Positions 20,146 to 32,657 of a stretch of 32,657 nt of DNA are shown here, in pieces. Each line of letters opens with the position of its first letter. The stretch's first letter is position 1. The position numbers and the translations under genes are program-made. The notes under the pieces were generated by a model. It had not been told where the DNA came from. It made no database searches and was given only the letters and a program-made list of their open reading frames with translations. This DNA comes from Vermamoeba vermiformis. Its lineage: Eukaryota. Where the stretch lies: assembly GCA_045837725.1 (NCBI GenBank), contig JBEWZL010000130.1, forward strand, positions 1 to 32,657, read 5' to 3'.

Positions 20146-21981
20146 ATGGACGCTAAAAGTTTTGAGGAGTTTCCGATCGAGATTGCAGCAATGGTAAACT
20201 TTGTCATCATACCGTCGTGCACAACACTCTCCCTAATGTTTAAAAAACCATTGTTCTAATAATATTGTATTTTAGATACTATCAAATTTGGATGCGGAAG
20301 ATCTGGGACGATTTAGCTGCATTAGCAAGTTATCGAAAGCAGTCTGCGATTCTCCATCTATATGGAAAAGAATTTATCAACAAAGATGGATTGAACACAA
20401 CAGCTGCGAAGAAAGCGTCAATTGGAAGCAAAAATATCAAGATCGAGGTAAGAAAAGCTCTCTAACAAACAAATTTACTATTGCTTAATTTTTCTGCGCT
20501 TTCAGTACTAACATTTTTCTAATTCTCGTTGGTCTGGTTCAATAATCAATTATCACTTTTTCAAATAAATTCTCGAGAACCGAAACTAAAATCTTTTTGG
20601 CAGTGCAAACTATCAGGCCTTTAACGCGAATCCTAGCTCGAGAAGATAATTCACTTTTGACCGCTTTGTTTCAAGTAGTCAATCAGAAATCGAATTCATT
20701 TTCAGAACGAAGAGAGTTGATGGACTCTGTAGCTTGCCTGCTCGAGGCCGATTACAAAATGCCGCACGTTCTCAACAACACTCTTTCAATTGAAATGAAC
20801 CAATTGGCAAAGACAGGCGCAAGTAAGTACGGCATTTACACCCTCAAAACGGCTCTAACCTGTCATATTCAGCGGTGTCAATGCGAGGAACAACATTATC
20901 TGGAGATCTATTTTATAGCTACGCGAACTTAATTAGCGGCCCTTATTTGAAATCTACGTTTGAAGGCATTGTGCGAGAAATTTGTGACAGAAAGGAGTCT
21001 CTAGAAGTGAGTATTTAGAAACATTCCGTTCGTCAGGTACTAACGTGAATAGCTTGATGCTCGGTATATGAGATCAACAGACAATAGACAGCGACACGTC
21101 TATCTGATAAAGAAGATAATTAAAAAGATTCTCCACCGACTGCACGTGACGGCGCATCAGTTCCCAATGTATGACCACATTATCACTTACTTGTTCTGAC
21201 ACATTTTAATAGACAGCTTCGTGCCGTAGTGGCGCGCATGACCGAGCTACTGCGCGAGCTTCGACCTGAAAACGCTGATCATCGCATTCAAGAAGAGACC
21301 AACTTTATCATTCAAAAATTTATCTTGCCGTCCTTTATTCACCCCGAGGGCTACGGCATTGTTGCAGGTATGCAATAGAATAGTACTTTGATCGTTATTG
21401 ATTGTCTAACAGAAGAAGATCCGTCGTTGCACAGTCGACGAAAGCTCATTGTTGTAGCTGTAGTTCTTGCTAAAGTCTGTAGTGAAACAGAATTTTGCGA
21501 AGTAGAGCAAGACTACATGATACTTAACGACTTCATCTTCGACAAGGAAAACATTGATACAAAACGAAGATTTATAGATGGCTTAAGTGTAAGTCCCAGA
21601 CGTGGGTAATACCTGTAACTAACAAAGTGCTAGGTGTTCGACAAATCGCTGCTAGAAGATAGATCTCGCGTCGGAGCATTAAAAGTCGAGGATTGCGACA
21701 AAGCACTCGCTCGATTGGTGCAATTTTGCGCAGTAAACATGGAGGATATCGATAGAGAGTGGTCCATCAGAACGACTGATCAGAATGTAAGTTCTCCGGC
21801 GAGTGCCCGCGTGCATCGACTAACCTTGTTATTGTAGCGCACAGTGATCCGTGAGTTCCGAAATGCAGTGCAAGCAGCGAAGAAAGCTATTGATGGCGGT
21901 TCGATCAGAAGACCCAACAAAATGCAGCGTGTCATTAACCGAACGTGCACGAGAAACGTTTGTAAGTGTACTTTAATGTAG
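20146..21981 (+). CDS. F-box + RasGAP-like domain protein with C-terminal CAAX
   Basis: F-box FEEFPIEIAAMILSNLDAEDLGRFSCISK..IWK. RasGAP-like MRGTTLSGDLFYSY..YLKSTFEGIVREI..ELD and FIIQKFILPSFIHPEGYGIV. Ends ...CKCTLM*. Confidence 0.75.
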
Positions 21982-22133
21982 TGAACTATTTATTTAATGA
22001 CATCGCATTACCTTTGATCTACAACATTATAACTATAATCTATAATATTATTCATATTGCTCTGCAAATTGTTTCCGCCATCTGCTTGCGCGGTCGAATG
22101 GAGAGGGTTTGGGACCGGTTGCGTGGAAGCTAG

Positions 22134-23051
22134 TCAGTTGGTCCTTGATTTGTTCAACAAGGGTTTATCCTCCTCAATTGCTGCATTGGCAAATAGCGCA
22201 TCACGAGTCGGCTGTTGGAACTCCTTGGGCGGCAAGAAGATAGCATTGCTGCGTGAGTGTGCACCGATTTCTTTCAACGTGTCGTAGTACTGAGTTGTCA
22301 GAATCAGTTGCATGACTGTTTGGGGATCAACGCCATTGATGTTTTCTGAAAACTCGTGCACTGTTTCCTGCAAACCATTGACGATGGCACGACGAGCAGC
22401 GGCCAAACCTTTGCCTGGTAACATGATATGTGAGCTTCAGTACTTAGCGAGTAGCATAATGAACTTACCTGCAAGCTCACGGGCTTCAGCTTCGGCTTCA
22501 GCTTCTTTAATTTTGATGATTTTGTTGGCGTCGGCCTTGGCAATAGCAGCAGCACGTTGTCGCTCGGCAGTGTTGATATCGTTCATGGCAGCCTTAACCT
22601 CTTTGCCAGGCTCAATGTCTAAGATGAGCACTTTGACGATCTCGTAGCCAAATTGGCTCATCTCTTTTGCGAGTTCTTCTTGGATCAGCACTGCAAGCTT
22701 GTGCTTCTTCTTCATCAGCTTGTCCAGATCTTTGTCGGGAACTTTATCACGAACGGAATCGACGATGTAGGCTTTGACTTGACCATCTACATCTTCGAGA
22801 GAATAGAAAGCCTCGTAGACTTTAGTTTTATCAACCCTGAACTGCACTTCGATATTGATAGTCACGAAAACTTTGTCGTTTGTGGTGGATTCGACAACTA
22901 CGTGCAATTGGCGAGTTCGGACACTGATAGTTTTCACTTTGACGATGCCACACGGGAAACAAAGGCAGCCAGGCTGTTCGATGCTTTGAAACTTGCCGAA
23001 TCTCTCGCTGATGCCGAGAGTAGACTCCTCAATAGACATGCAGCAGCCCAT
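22134..23051 (-). CDS. SPFH/band-7 domain protein, hypersensitive-induced response (HIR)-like
   Basis: MGCC (myristoylation/palmitoylation-type N-terminus), ERFGKF..PG, ESTTNDKVFV, LILDIEP..VKAAMNDIN..AEAEAE..G.G.A..R.AIV.GL, LILTTQYYDTLKEIG. One intron at ~22418-22468. Confidence 0.93.
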
Positions 23052-23437
23052 TTTTTGTGTAGTTGTGGTTATTGTCGTTGTTGTGAATTTAATTGATGTT
23101 TAACAGGGTTTTTTATGGATTAAAAACGCGAAAAACGGAAAAAAGAAAAAAAAACACCCATGTGAATATCGGTGGATAATTCATGCCACTAAATTTGGAT
23201 GCAAATTTAATACGATATATTACCCGAGCTGAGTTCACGCGCTGCGCGGATGTAGATCAGGTGTGTCAGGTTACGCTGCTACGGTGGCCACCCGCCAGTC
23301 GAATATTGCTTCACGAACTAGGGGTTGCGTGCTGTGTTGCGCACTACTGTGGGCGCGTGTGACAACTGCTGTGTTTGAATGAACATTTGATTATTTATCT
23401 TGCGCCTGTGCGGCAGACACCACAAACACAACCAACA

Positions 23438-23918
23438 ATGTCCTTTGAGAACGTAGTTGGCGGAAAATTAAAGCTTAAAGGAGTTGGCGATGTAAAGAAA
23501 GATAAAAAAAAACGAAAGAGGAAAGATGTTGCAGAAGATGCCGAGGAAAAAGAAGCGAAGAAGCAAAAATTAGAAGATGGCGCGAGTTCTCCTCCCGTAT
23601 CCAAGCCTAAAAAGACAGCTGCTGAATTGGCATATGAGGAAAAGCAACGAGAACGAGTAAGTTAAAAAGGGTTCCTCGCTTCAAAAAATTAGTAGAATTA
23701 TTTCGCTGCGATACAAAGTGCTTTTAAATTGTCTGAGACCCATTAGACATGCAAATTCGCAGCCTGGTAAATTTACTTGACTAATCCATTGCTTACAGCT
23801 GCGAGAAAAGGCCAACAAAATGTCCTCAAAGTCGCATAGACAAAAAATTGAAGAATATAATGACAAATTGTCGAAAGAAACAGAACATTATGACATTCCT
23901 AAAGTTGGTCCTGGATGA
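23438..23918 (+). CDS. FAM32A: FAM32A-like small nuclear/spliceosomal protein
   Basis: MSFENVVGGKLKLKG..KTAAE..KSHRQKIEEYNDKLSKETEHYDIPKVGPG*. One intron ~23657-23798. Confidence 0.9.
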
Positions 23919-24351
23919 GATTCGTTACCGTACGTGCTATTTGTAAATAAAACACTTTTTGGTCTAAGTTATATCGCCTCGTATTATACCGCGTTTCCAC
24001 CGCTTTCAAATGGTGCGAGGAGGATTGACCCTTGCGCCGAAAGCCAAAAAAGCGCTGCCGTGACGAACTTTTTTTTTTGTGCACCTCAACCCGCAATAAC
24101 ACAGTGATGTTAGTATTATTATTGTAATATATTGTATATAAGCAAAAGGTAATGCCTAATATGCTCCTTTACGTAGATTTAGAATCTACAACAAGAGAAT
24201 TTTATCGATCAATTTTTAAATTCGTTTCTATTCCGTAAGAATTATCGATAATAGTTTCTCGTTGAACGTTTTATAGATACACATATTTATTATATTTTTA
24301 CAATTTCTTATGCGAATTTTTACAGAAACGAGATTGGTGAGCACATCTAAC

Positions 24352-27300
24352 ATGGCAGCGCTAACAATGCAACCACCACAAATTATACACGATCCCACTA
24401 TCAAGGAATATGTAGAAGAGGCTACTGCTGCGAAGAAAATCGGGCTGATCAAGTTCGGCTTGATGTCAGGAGTTGACGTTATGAAGCTATCACACATACA
24501 GATTGTCAACAATATTTTATATCAACATCCCACACGAAATCCCATGCCTTACGGTAAGCTATTTTCTATTGTCACACTGAGATCGCGATCGAACTAAACG
24601 GTCGTCATTAGGTCCTCTCGACACACGGCTCGGCACTTCCTCGAAGAAAATGGACTGCACAACTTGCGGTGAAAAATTAGATCTCTGCGCGGGTCACTAT
24701 GGATTTATTAACCTCGAGTTACCTTGCTTTCACGTTGGCTACATGCGGTTCATTATGAACACTTTGTCAACAGTCTGTAAAACTTGCAGTCGCATTCTGT
24801 TCGATGAAGACGAACGCGCCAAGTGGCTCAAACAAGTACGCAACCCTCGCTTGGACAATATTCAACGCGGCGAGCTGGGGAAAAGAATTTTGAAAGCTGC
24901 GAAGAAAAAAACAATTTGCGATTACTGCGGTGCCTTTAACGGTGATATCAAGAAAGTCTCCGCGTTGAAGTTGATTCACAAGAAATTCAAGACGAAGGCA
25001 TCAGCGGGAGAAAAAGAAGCGTGGGAACAAGAGTTCAGCGAGGCTATTCAATATAACCCAGAAATTGCCACTTACTTGAGCAAAACCAGCGAAGACTTGA
25101 GTCCTATCCGCGTTATGAAGGTACCTTTAGAGAGTTTGTAGTGCCTGCAAATGACTAATTTATCCCGCGTAGATCTTCGAACGTATTTCCGCCGAAGACT
25201 GCGAACTGCTGTGCATGGATGCGCATGTGGCAAGACCTGAATGGTTGCTTATTCAACAATTGCTCGTGCCCCCTGCGTGCATTCGTCCTTCCGTGCACAT
25301 GGATGCAATCGGCGGTAGCAACGAAGACGACTTGACAATGAAACTGCAAGAAATTGTGACGATGAATAACAGTATTAAGAAAGACATGGAAAAGGGCACT
25401 ACGATTAATCAGCTCATGGAGAAGTGGGATTACGTGCAGAACTTGGTAGCAGCCTACATCAACTCCGAGTATCCTGGTCAGCCGCCTCAAATGGCAAACA
25501 AGAAATCAATCCGTGGTCTCGCACAGAGATTGAAAGGCAAACAAGGTCGTTTCCGTGGTCATTTGTCTGGCAAGCGTGTCGACTTCTCAGCGCGTACGGT
25601 CATTTCTCCCGACCCCAACTTGCGTATTAATCAGGTACGTGGAGTCAATAATAAGATAGCGGTGCAAGTACTAATTGTACCTTAGGTTGGTATGCCTCAA
25701 CACGTCGCTAAGATTATGACCTATCCCGAGCGTGTGTTCAAGCACAACATTGATAAGCTGCGCAAACTTGTGCTGAATGGCCATGACGAGTACCCTGGCG
25801 CTCGTTTTGTGGAAGGCAAGGACGGCACGAAGAAGTTCTTGAAGTTCGTTCCTGACCGCAAGAAACTTGCCGCTGATCTGCAAGAAGGTGACGTTGTCGA
25901 GCGACATATTATGGACGGCGACGTTGTGTTATTCAACCGACAGCCTTCATTGCACAGAAACTCTATTATGGCGCACATCGTCAAGGTATTGCCGTGGAAG
26001 ACTTTCAGATTCAACGAATGTGCCTGCACACCTTACAACGCTGACTTTGACGGTGATGAAATGAACATGCACGTGCCTCAAACAGAAGAGGCCAAAGCCG
26101 AAGCTAGAATGCTCATGAACGTTGCATACAATTTGTGCGTGCCTAAGAGTGGAGAATTGATTATCGGTGCTACGCAAGACTTTTTGACGTCTGGCTATTT
26201 GATCACTAAGAAGGACTGTTTCTATGACAAGGCCGCGTTCTGCCAAGCTGTCAGTCACTTCACGGACGGTGGCGCTGTCGAACTGCCTCCTCCTTCAATC
26301 CTCAAGCCCATTCAGTTGTGGACCGGCAAACAAGTGATCAGTGTATTGCTCAACCCCACTCCTTCTAAAGAACCTGTCAGACCCAACTTTGAGCTCAAGA
26401 CCAAGTTGATTTACAACGCAAAGAAAGATGCCGGCATTATGTGCCCGAGCGATGGTTATATCGTTGTGCGCAACGGAGAACTCATGTGTGGTCAACTCGA
26501 CAAAGCAGCCTTGGGTGGTGGCCGTGGAAACTTGTTCCACGTGTTGCTTAAGGACTACTCACCTGAAATCACTGTCGATCGCATGACCAAATTGGCACGT
26601 CTGTCTGCCCGATGGATTACTAACCACGGCTTCTCTATTGGTATCTCCGACGTAACACCTTCAACAGTTGTGACGCAGAAGAAGACAGCACTGATCAGCA
26701 AGGGCTACCAAGAGTGCGATGTCGTCATTCAACAAGCCAAGGACGGCACTTTGAAGCCTCAACCTGGTTGCAACACTGATCAGACTTTGGAGGCCAAAGT
26801 TCTGTCCGTGCTCTCAGAAATTCGTGACGAGGCAGGAAAGATTTGTATCGAAGAGTTACACCCGTCTAACAGTCCTCTGATCATGACACTCTGCGGTTCT
26901 AAAGGTTCGAAGATTAACATCTCTCAAATGGTTGCTTGTGTAGGTCAACAAGCCGGTAAGTCTTTCCAAATTACATGTTGAGCGAATCGCTAATTGTTCT
27001 TCAGTGAGCGGTAATAGAGCTCCCAACGGATTCATTGATCGTACCTTGCCGCACTTCGAGCTTCAAGCCAAAGATCCTGCTGCAAAGGGTTTCGTGTCCA
27101 ACAGTTTCTTCACTGGTTTGAGCCCCAGCGAGTTCTTCTTCCACACCATGGGTGGTCGTGAAGGTCTCGTCGATACTGCAGTCAAGACGGCCGAAACAGG
27201 TTACATGCAACGTCGTCTCATGAAGGCGCTCGAAGACTTGTCAGTCCAGTACGACAACACTGTTCGTCAATCAACTATGGGCATTGTACAGTTCGCTTAT

Positions 27301-28919
27301 GGCGATGACGGTATTGACCCGCACAAGGTCGAGGCCGAAGATAGTCCCGTTGACTATGATCGTGTATTATTGAACTCCCTTGGTGAACAAGGTGCGCCAA
27401 TGGAACCCTACGAGATTATGGAATACGTTGACAAGACATTGGCCGAGAACCCGATCTTCATCAACATGCCTGATTTCCATCGTGCCAACTTGCGCATCTT
27501 CTTTTTGAACCACGAGAACAAGCGCGACAGCAAAGACAAGATCATAGAAGGAGCTCTCGACAAGGTCATCAAACTTCGCAAGTCGCTTGGCTTGCCTGAC
27601 GGCTTAGTAAAAGACGATCACAAAGGTAAGTGCTCGTAACGCGCAAGTCAACCCTTGCGGCCACTAACTTTTATATTGTAGATACAAAACACGAGCAAGA
27701 GAAGAAGCAATTAGTATACATTGTGTATCCCATCAACCTCGCTGTACTCGCCAAATTCTTCCAAATCGTCGAACAAAAATTCCGTCGCATTCTCGTCGAG
27801 CCTGGTGATGCTGTTGGTGCCGTAGCCGCACAGTCTATTGGTGAGCCTTGCACACAAATGACGTTGAAGACTTTCCACTTTGCTGGTGTCGCGTCCATGA
27901 ACATTACACTTGGTGTCCCGCGTATTCGAGAAATTATCAACGCCTCCAAGAACATTAGCACACCCATTATTACAGCACAATTGACTCGGCCAAACGATAA
28001 GGAGTTCGCCAAGCAAGTACGAGGTCGCATTGAGAAAACTACACTTGGAAACATTGCCGCGTACATCGCCGAAGTCTACGACAAGAACACACCGCACTTA
28101 GAGATCAAGATTGACTTCGACGCTATTCATGACTTGAAGTTGAAGATCTCAATGAACACCATCAAGAAGTCCATTACCGAACACAAGAAGATCAAGTTGA
28201 AGGACAAGGACATTGAAGTCGGTGGTATTGCGCGCGATAAAATCATCATCGTGCCACCCGAGAACGCGAAGCAGAACGTGTTCTTCACAATGCAACACAT
28301 CAAGAGCATTCTTCCTAAAGTCATCGTGGCCGGTCTGCACGGAGTTAATCGTTGCGTCATTGGTGAGAAGAAGGAGAAAGACGAACACGGCAACCACTTG
28401 CTCGAGCTGTTAGTCGAAGGCAATGACATGCTTGGTGTGATGGGCACGCCCGGTGTAGACGGCAGTCAAACTAAGTCTAATCACACTCTCGATGTGCAAC
28501 GCGACCTTGGCATTGAAGCTGCACGACGAGCTATCGTAGAAGAAATTCGTTACACGATGAACCAGCACGGTGTTGCAGTCGATGCACGTCACTTGTTCCT
28601 GTTGGCTGATGTTATGACCTTCAAGGGCAATGTGTTGGGTATCACTCGTCATGGCATCTCGCGCATGAAGGACAGTGTGCTGATGTTAGCGTCATTCGAA
28701 AAGACAACCGATTATCTGTTCGACGCTGCAGCTCACTCGATGGATGAGCAAGTGAGGGGTGTGTCGGAGTGCATTATCTTAGGCACACCAATTCCCTTGG
28801 GTACTGGTCTCTTCAAGGTGCTCAAGAAGTCGTCCAAGCCCAAATTAACCAAGAAGCCTCTGTTGTTACAATCAAATGACTTCAGGTTATCGCTAAGCGA
28901 CTTTATCACTCCTGCTTAA
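24352..28919 (+). CDS. RPC1: DNA-directed RNA polymerase III largest subunit
   Basis: [41 protein letters not shown], catalytic [55 protein letters not shown]. Ends soon after ECIILG..GTG with no CTD heptads. Five introns. Confidence 0.95.
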
Positions 28920-28955
28920 TAAAGTTGTTCTTGTAATTAATTATGCACATTTATT

Positions 28956-30528
28956 TCAAAACCAGACGTTGTAGTCGTACTCTTCTGCAATCCTACGTTT
29001 TGACAGCCAAATGCGCTTTGGTACATTCGGATTTTCGCTCAACCATTGCCTCAGCGTCAAATAGTCAATGCCACGGGGAATATCTTTGCGTTGAATAGGC
29101 ACGAAGGGATGCACTGTGTAGCCTGCAATGTGGTTAGTATAGAAATTGTCGTGCACCGTCAATCTTACCATTGAGCCACAAGAAAATGTTTTTACAGAAC
29201 TCTTGAGAGAAATACATCATCACCAAATTAGGAAAAGATCGTATGACATTTGATAAGAGACCTGTTGATGTTAGACGATGTACTACAAAAGAGTAAAAGT
29301 AACTCACCAGCCCACAAACCAGGGACCCCATTTCTATCGATAATCTGAGTAAAACATTCTTTCAAGCTGCTGCTGTGAGCGATCGGCACCGTCATATTCG
29401 CAGGCAAGTTATTTGCGGATGATTGCGCCATCATTTGCTTGCGTGCAGTGTCGAACGGGAATGATGCGAACTGTAGGTGCGACCGATTAACCACTCATCG
29501 GCATCGATATAGGCATCCAATTATTATACGTACTTGAGCTACTACAGTGATGATTGTGGCGTTTAGAATTCCTTCTAAAAGGCCTGGTGGCTCATCGCGA
29601 CGACTGAAAAACGGCGAGAAAAATTCAACAGCGAGAGAGTTCGGCAATGGACCTAAATTATAATTAGCTCCATAAGAGACCATATTTAATTCAACACAAG
29701 CGGCGTACCAATTATGGTAGGCAGCCAGCCTTTAAATAAAGCACCCCAGCCTTCTTCCTGAACAATTGAAGTGAATGCGTCGTAGATGCTCGTATATTTA
29801 GGGCTGGAAAGTCGTTGTTGCGTCAAACGCGTTTTAACTACTTCTTGCGGCAAAGTTACAGCTGCTGCGGCTATATTGGCTGGCAAATCCGGTGGGGTTA
29901 GAAAGCTCATCGCTTTAATATACACTACGTTGTACGGCTAATTTTCTAGCACTTACAAAAAATCCCGGCAACTAAGTTGGCGAAAGGAGGGACAGATTTG
30001 GTTTCAGGATCGCGCAGTAATGAGACTACTAGGTTAGCAGCCCAATTTTGGGCTACATTAAATGGCAATGTTTTGAATATGTTAACTAGGTTGCCTTTAA
30101 AAAATCCTAGCGCTCCTTCTGTCTTATACAAATTTGTTGATGATGTCACCAAGCCGTGCAAGTCTCCACCGACCTGATCTGATCCAATTTGTTGCAAGGT
30201 CTTTATCGTTTCTACACAAAGCAAATTTTAGATTAATTATTAGGTATATTCGCGTTAGAGGTTCAGTTCATTGCGATGAATGTTGTATTAGAATTTTGTT
30301 AAAAAATAGAAATGCGTCCAAAAATTATATGTGCCATAATAATACGTTTTTAATTAATTCCTACAAACTAAAATATATAAACAAATAATTTTCAACAAAA
30401 AAATTGACACTTTTGTTCCAGATCTGCTTACCAAATGGCGCTAATGCAGTACGCGTGATGCCTCCTGCAATGAACCCGCAAATGAGTCCTTGACTAAAGG
30501 ACAACTGAGGCACGCGTGCTCCTTTCAT
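28956..30528 (-). CDS. mitochondrial carrier family protein, SLC25A43-like
   Basis: Three carrier repeats (APF-ETIK..GALGFFKG; LPQEVVKTRL..EGWGALFKG; FPFDTARKQMMAQ..GVPGLW). Tail QEFCKNIFLWLNGYT resembles SLC25A43 FEFCKRICLYQNGY (recalled). Confidence 0.85.
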
Positions 30529-30615
30529 TTGTCAATTTGAAAAATGCAGCCAGAAATTGAACTTTTGTTAGGCACAACAAACTCGCGCATTATTTCAAGC
30601 AATAATCGATATTTA

Positions 30616-31340
30616 CTAATTAATATTAACAAGCTTCTCGCTGATTTCCCACAATTTGGCTGCCTCCTCATCCGTCACCAGCTTGTTCGGCTTTTTGACA
30701 GCGCAATCAGAGTAATAAGCACCTCCTTCAATATGTGGGGCCAAAGCGCAATGCAACGAAGTTTGAGCTCCTTCGAACGCGGTCTTGTAAAACAAGCGGT
30801 GCATAAAGAATATTATAACTTTGGCAATGCCAGGGAAGTTTCTGTCGAGCTCTGTTCGCACTGTAATGAACGGGTTATTAACGTGATTGTCGAACTATAT
30901 GATAGGGTTAAACTACCTGCTCCAGGGTGCAGCGATACAGCAGTAATGTTTTTGCCCTGAGCTTGCATTCTCTTGTTCAATTCTCGTGCGAACAACACAT
31001 TGGCAAGCTTGCTCTGGAAATAAGCTGGCCAGCGACGATAGTTCTTGGTCCAGTTCAAATCATCATAGTTGATTTTTCCGCTGTAATGGCCCATTGATGA
31101 GACTACAACTACGCGACCTCCATTTTCGTTAATTAAATTGCATTTGAGCAATAAATTGGTCATCAAGAAATGAGCCAAATGATTCACGCCAAATTGAAGT
31201 TCAAATCCATCTTCAGTCAAGGTGTAAGGCGGGACCTAAAGCAAGTTAAATAAGTTATGCATCATTTGTAATCATCGTACCATAACACCGGCGTTTTCGA
31301 TCAGAATATCAATCTTTTTGTTGATACGCGACTTGTACTC
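30616..31340 (-). CDS. short-chain dehydrogenase/reductase (retinol dehydrogenase/WWOX-like), lacking its N-terminal Rossmann segment
   Basis: [51 protein letters not shown] (YxxxK), SLHPG, EGAQTSLHCA..LWEISEKL. No TGxxxGxG upstream. Confidence 0.85.
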
Positions 31341-32657
31341 CGGAGGCGCAGACCAGGGTACCAAATCAAGTCCATCAAACCTTGGGAATCGCTTTAGATC
31401 CTCGATTTTTGTATCTGCGTAGCGATATTGTTAGTTATATTATTGATACTGAAACTGTTGTGCAGTGTTCGTACCTTGAATGAAGTGCACCATTGATGCA
31501 CGTGTACTTGGCAAGCAGTACTGAGTGAGCACATTGCACACTGCTTCGTTGCTCCATATATGATCAATAGTCGTTAATTCTGTCAGCATCGTAGTTGCCA
31601 TATTAGGTAAGTCGATGATTTTGATACCGGGGATGAGTGGTGACTCAAGCACGAAGAGCAATATCATTTCAACTACGTTATGAGTCATATTTGCACTCGT
31701 CAGTTGTTTGAGATTGGCCAGAGATAGCTCGAAAAATTGTTGTTGTTCGCGGCTGTCAAATTCTCTCGCGCAAGAAGCGACGGTTTTCGCAAGCTGAATG
31801 TCGATGAAATTATCCCTATTGCAAATTTAGCAACCATTAATTTGGGCGTTAAAACTTACGTTAATATAGCCTCATATTCATCGCACCATTTCGTGTATTC
31901 GGCTAGCTCGTGAACTATCTGATCCGACGGTACTTGCAAGTATCTGATTATTTCTTTGTGAAAGTACATTGTTATAAATAGTTTGCATAGAGATGGAGCA
32001 GGTTTGGCTAACAATTGTACCATGATCTGCCCCAGCCGCAGAAAGGAATCAATTAGCGAGTACTGCTTAGGATCGGGGAAAAAAGGCTTTCCAATCAGCA
32101 CCAAGCAAGCCCTAATCATTGTTATTATGATATACTTCGATGTAACATGACATACTGCGTAAGGTCATCGACGAGAGGCAATTGCGAGATAATCACATCC
32201 CTTATTGTTTCCGGATCTTTGCCTAGAAACGTTCGATCTTGCGGTCTCAATGCAAAATAAATCGCTGCTGATCGGAAATATTCGACATTATCTATTATTT
32301 ATTTATTAGCTATTACTATTATATAGTCTTGAAATTGATAATTACCACTAAATGTCTTGAAAAGGAAGGCGAGTGGAACTTGTTTATCGAGCTTCCAAAA
32401 CGCGCCTTCATGAAAACTCGGAATGTTTTTTGATATGACTATAGCGATATTAAGAAGACCTGAAACGTTAAGTTAAAAAATACTTTCCGCAACCGGATCT
32501 GGGAGTACGTACCTCGAAACAAATAAAGCCTCTCTACCACTTCTTCCTGTTTAAGCAATATACAAATGTATTTGCAAACTAGCAATTGTCAGTAAGAGCA
32601 CTAGGTCAAATTGATAATACCGATCCCCCAGATACTTCTCAGAACGAGCTGATCTCT
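31341..32657 (-). CDS. multi-exon hypothetical helical protein (5' end outside window), reading in frame into the SDR
   Basis: ORFs 31856-32119 and 31440-31688 are linked by GT-AG introns. Intron 31415-31473 leads to [30 protein letters not shown]. Confidence 0.5.

Noticed and set aside
24352-28919. RPB1, RPA1 or viral polymerase identity; antisense ORFs inside the gene
   Set aside because: No CTD, and RPC1-type C-terminal motifs. Antisense and alternative-frame ORFs are shadows of codon bias.

Overview
Eukaryotic genomic DNA, probably from a protist; the gene set is Amoebozoa-like, but the taxon is an inference. It is gene-dense with many ~45-100 nt GT-AG introns carrying CTAAC/CTAAT branch sites. 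The window has two very different halves. From 13.3 to 32.7 kb are ordinary host genes: RhoBTB/RacA-like, 2-Cys peroxiredoxin, LIV-1/ZIP transporter, F-box-RasGAP-CAAX, SPFH/HIR-like, FAM32A, RNA polymerase III largest subunit, SLC25A43-like carrier, and an N-terminally truncated SDR fused in frame to an unknown gene. From 1 to 13 kb is an accessory island of orphan spliced genes and six CpG-containing, mostly hairpin-forming repeat arrays. Its core is a divergent gene pair: a large F-box/LRR-like orphan and a highly diverged NEIL1/Fpg-Nei glycosylase homolog with altered catalytic residues. Nearly identical 22-24 nt GC motifs in opposite orientation bracket ~1.93-12.84 kb. Repeat variants are dominated by CpG transitions and the flanks are CpG-depleted. 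My best hypothesis is a methylated, large mobile or selfish cassette carrying a glycosylase-derived DNA-binding or anti-silencing factor; no transposase is recognisable. Exon models and homologies were made by eye, without database searches.
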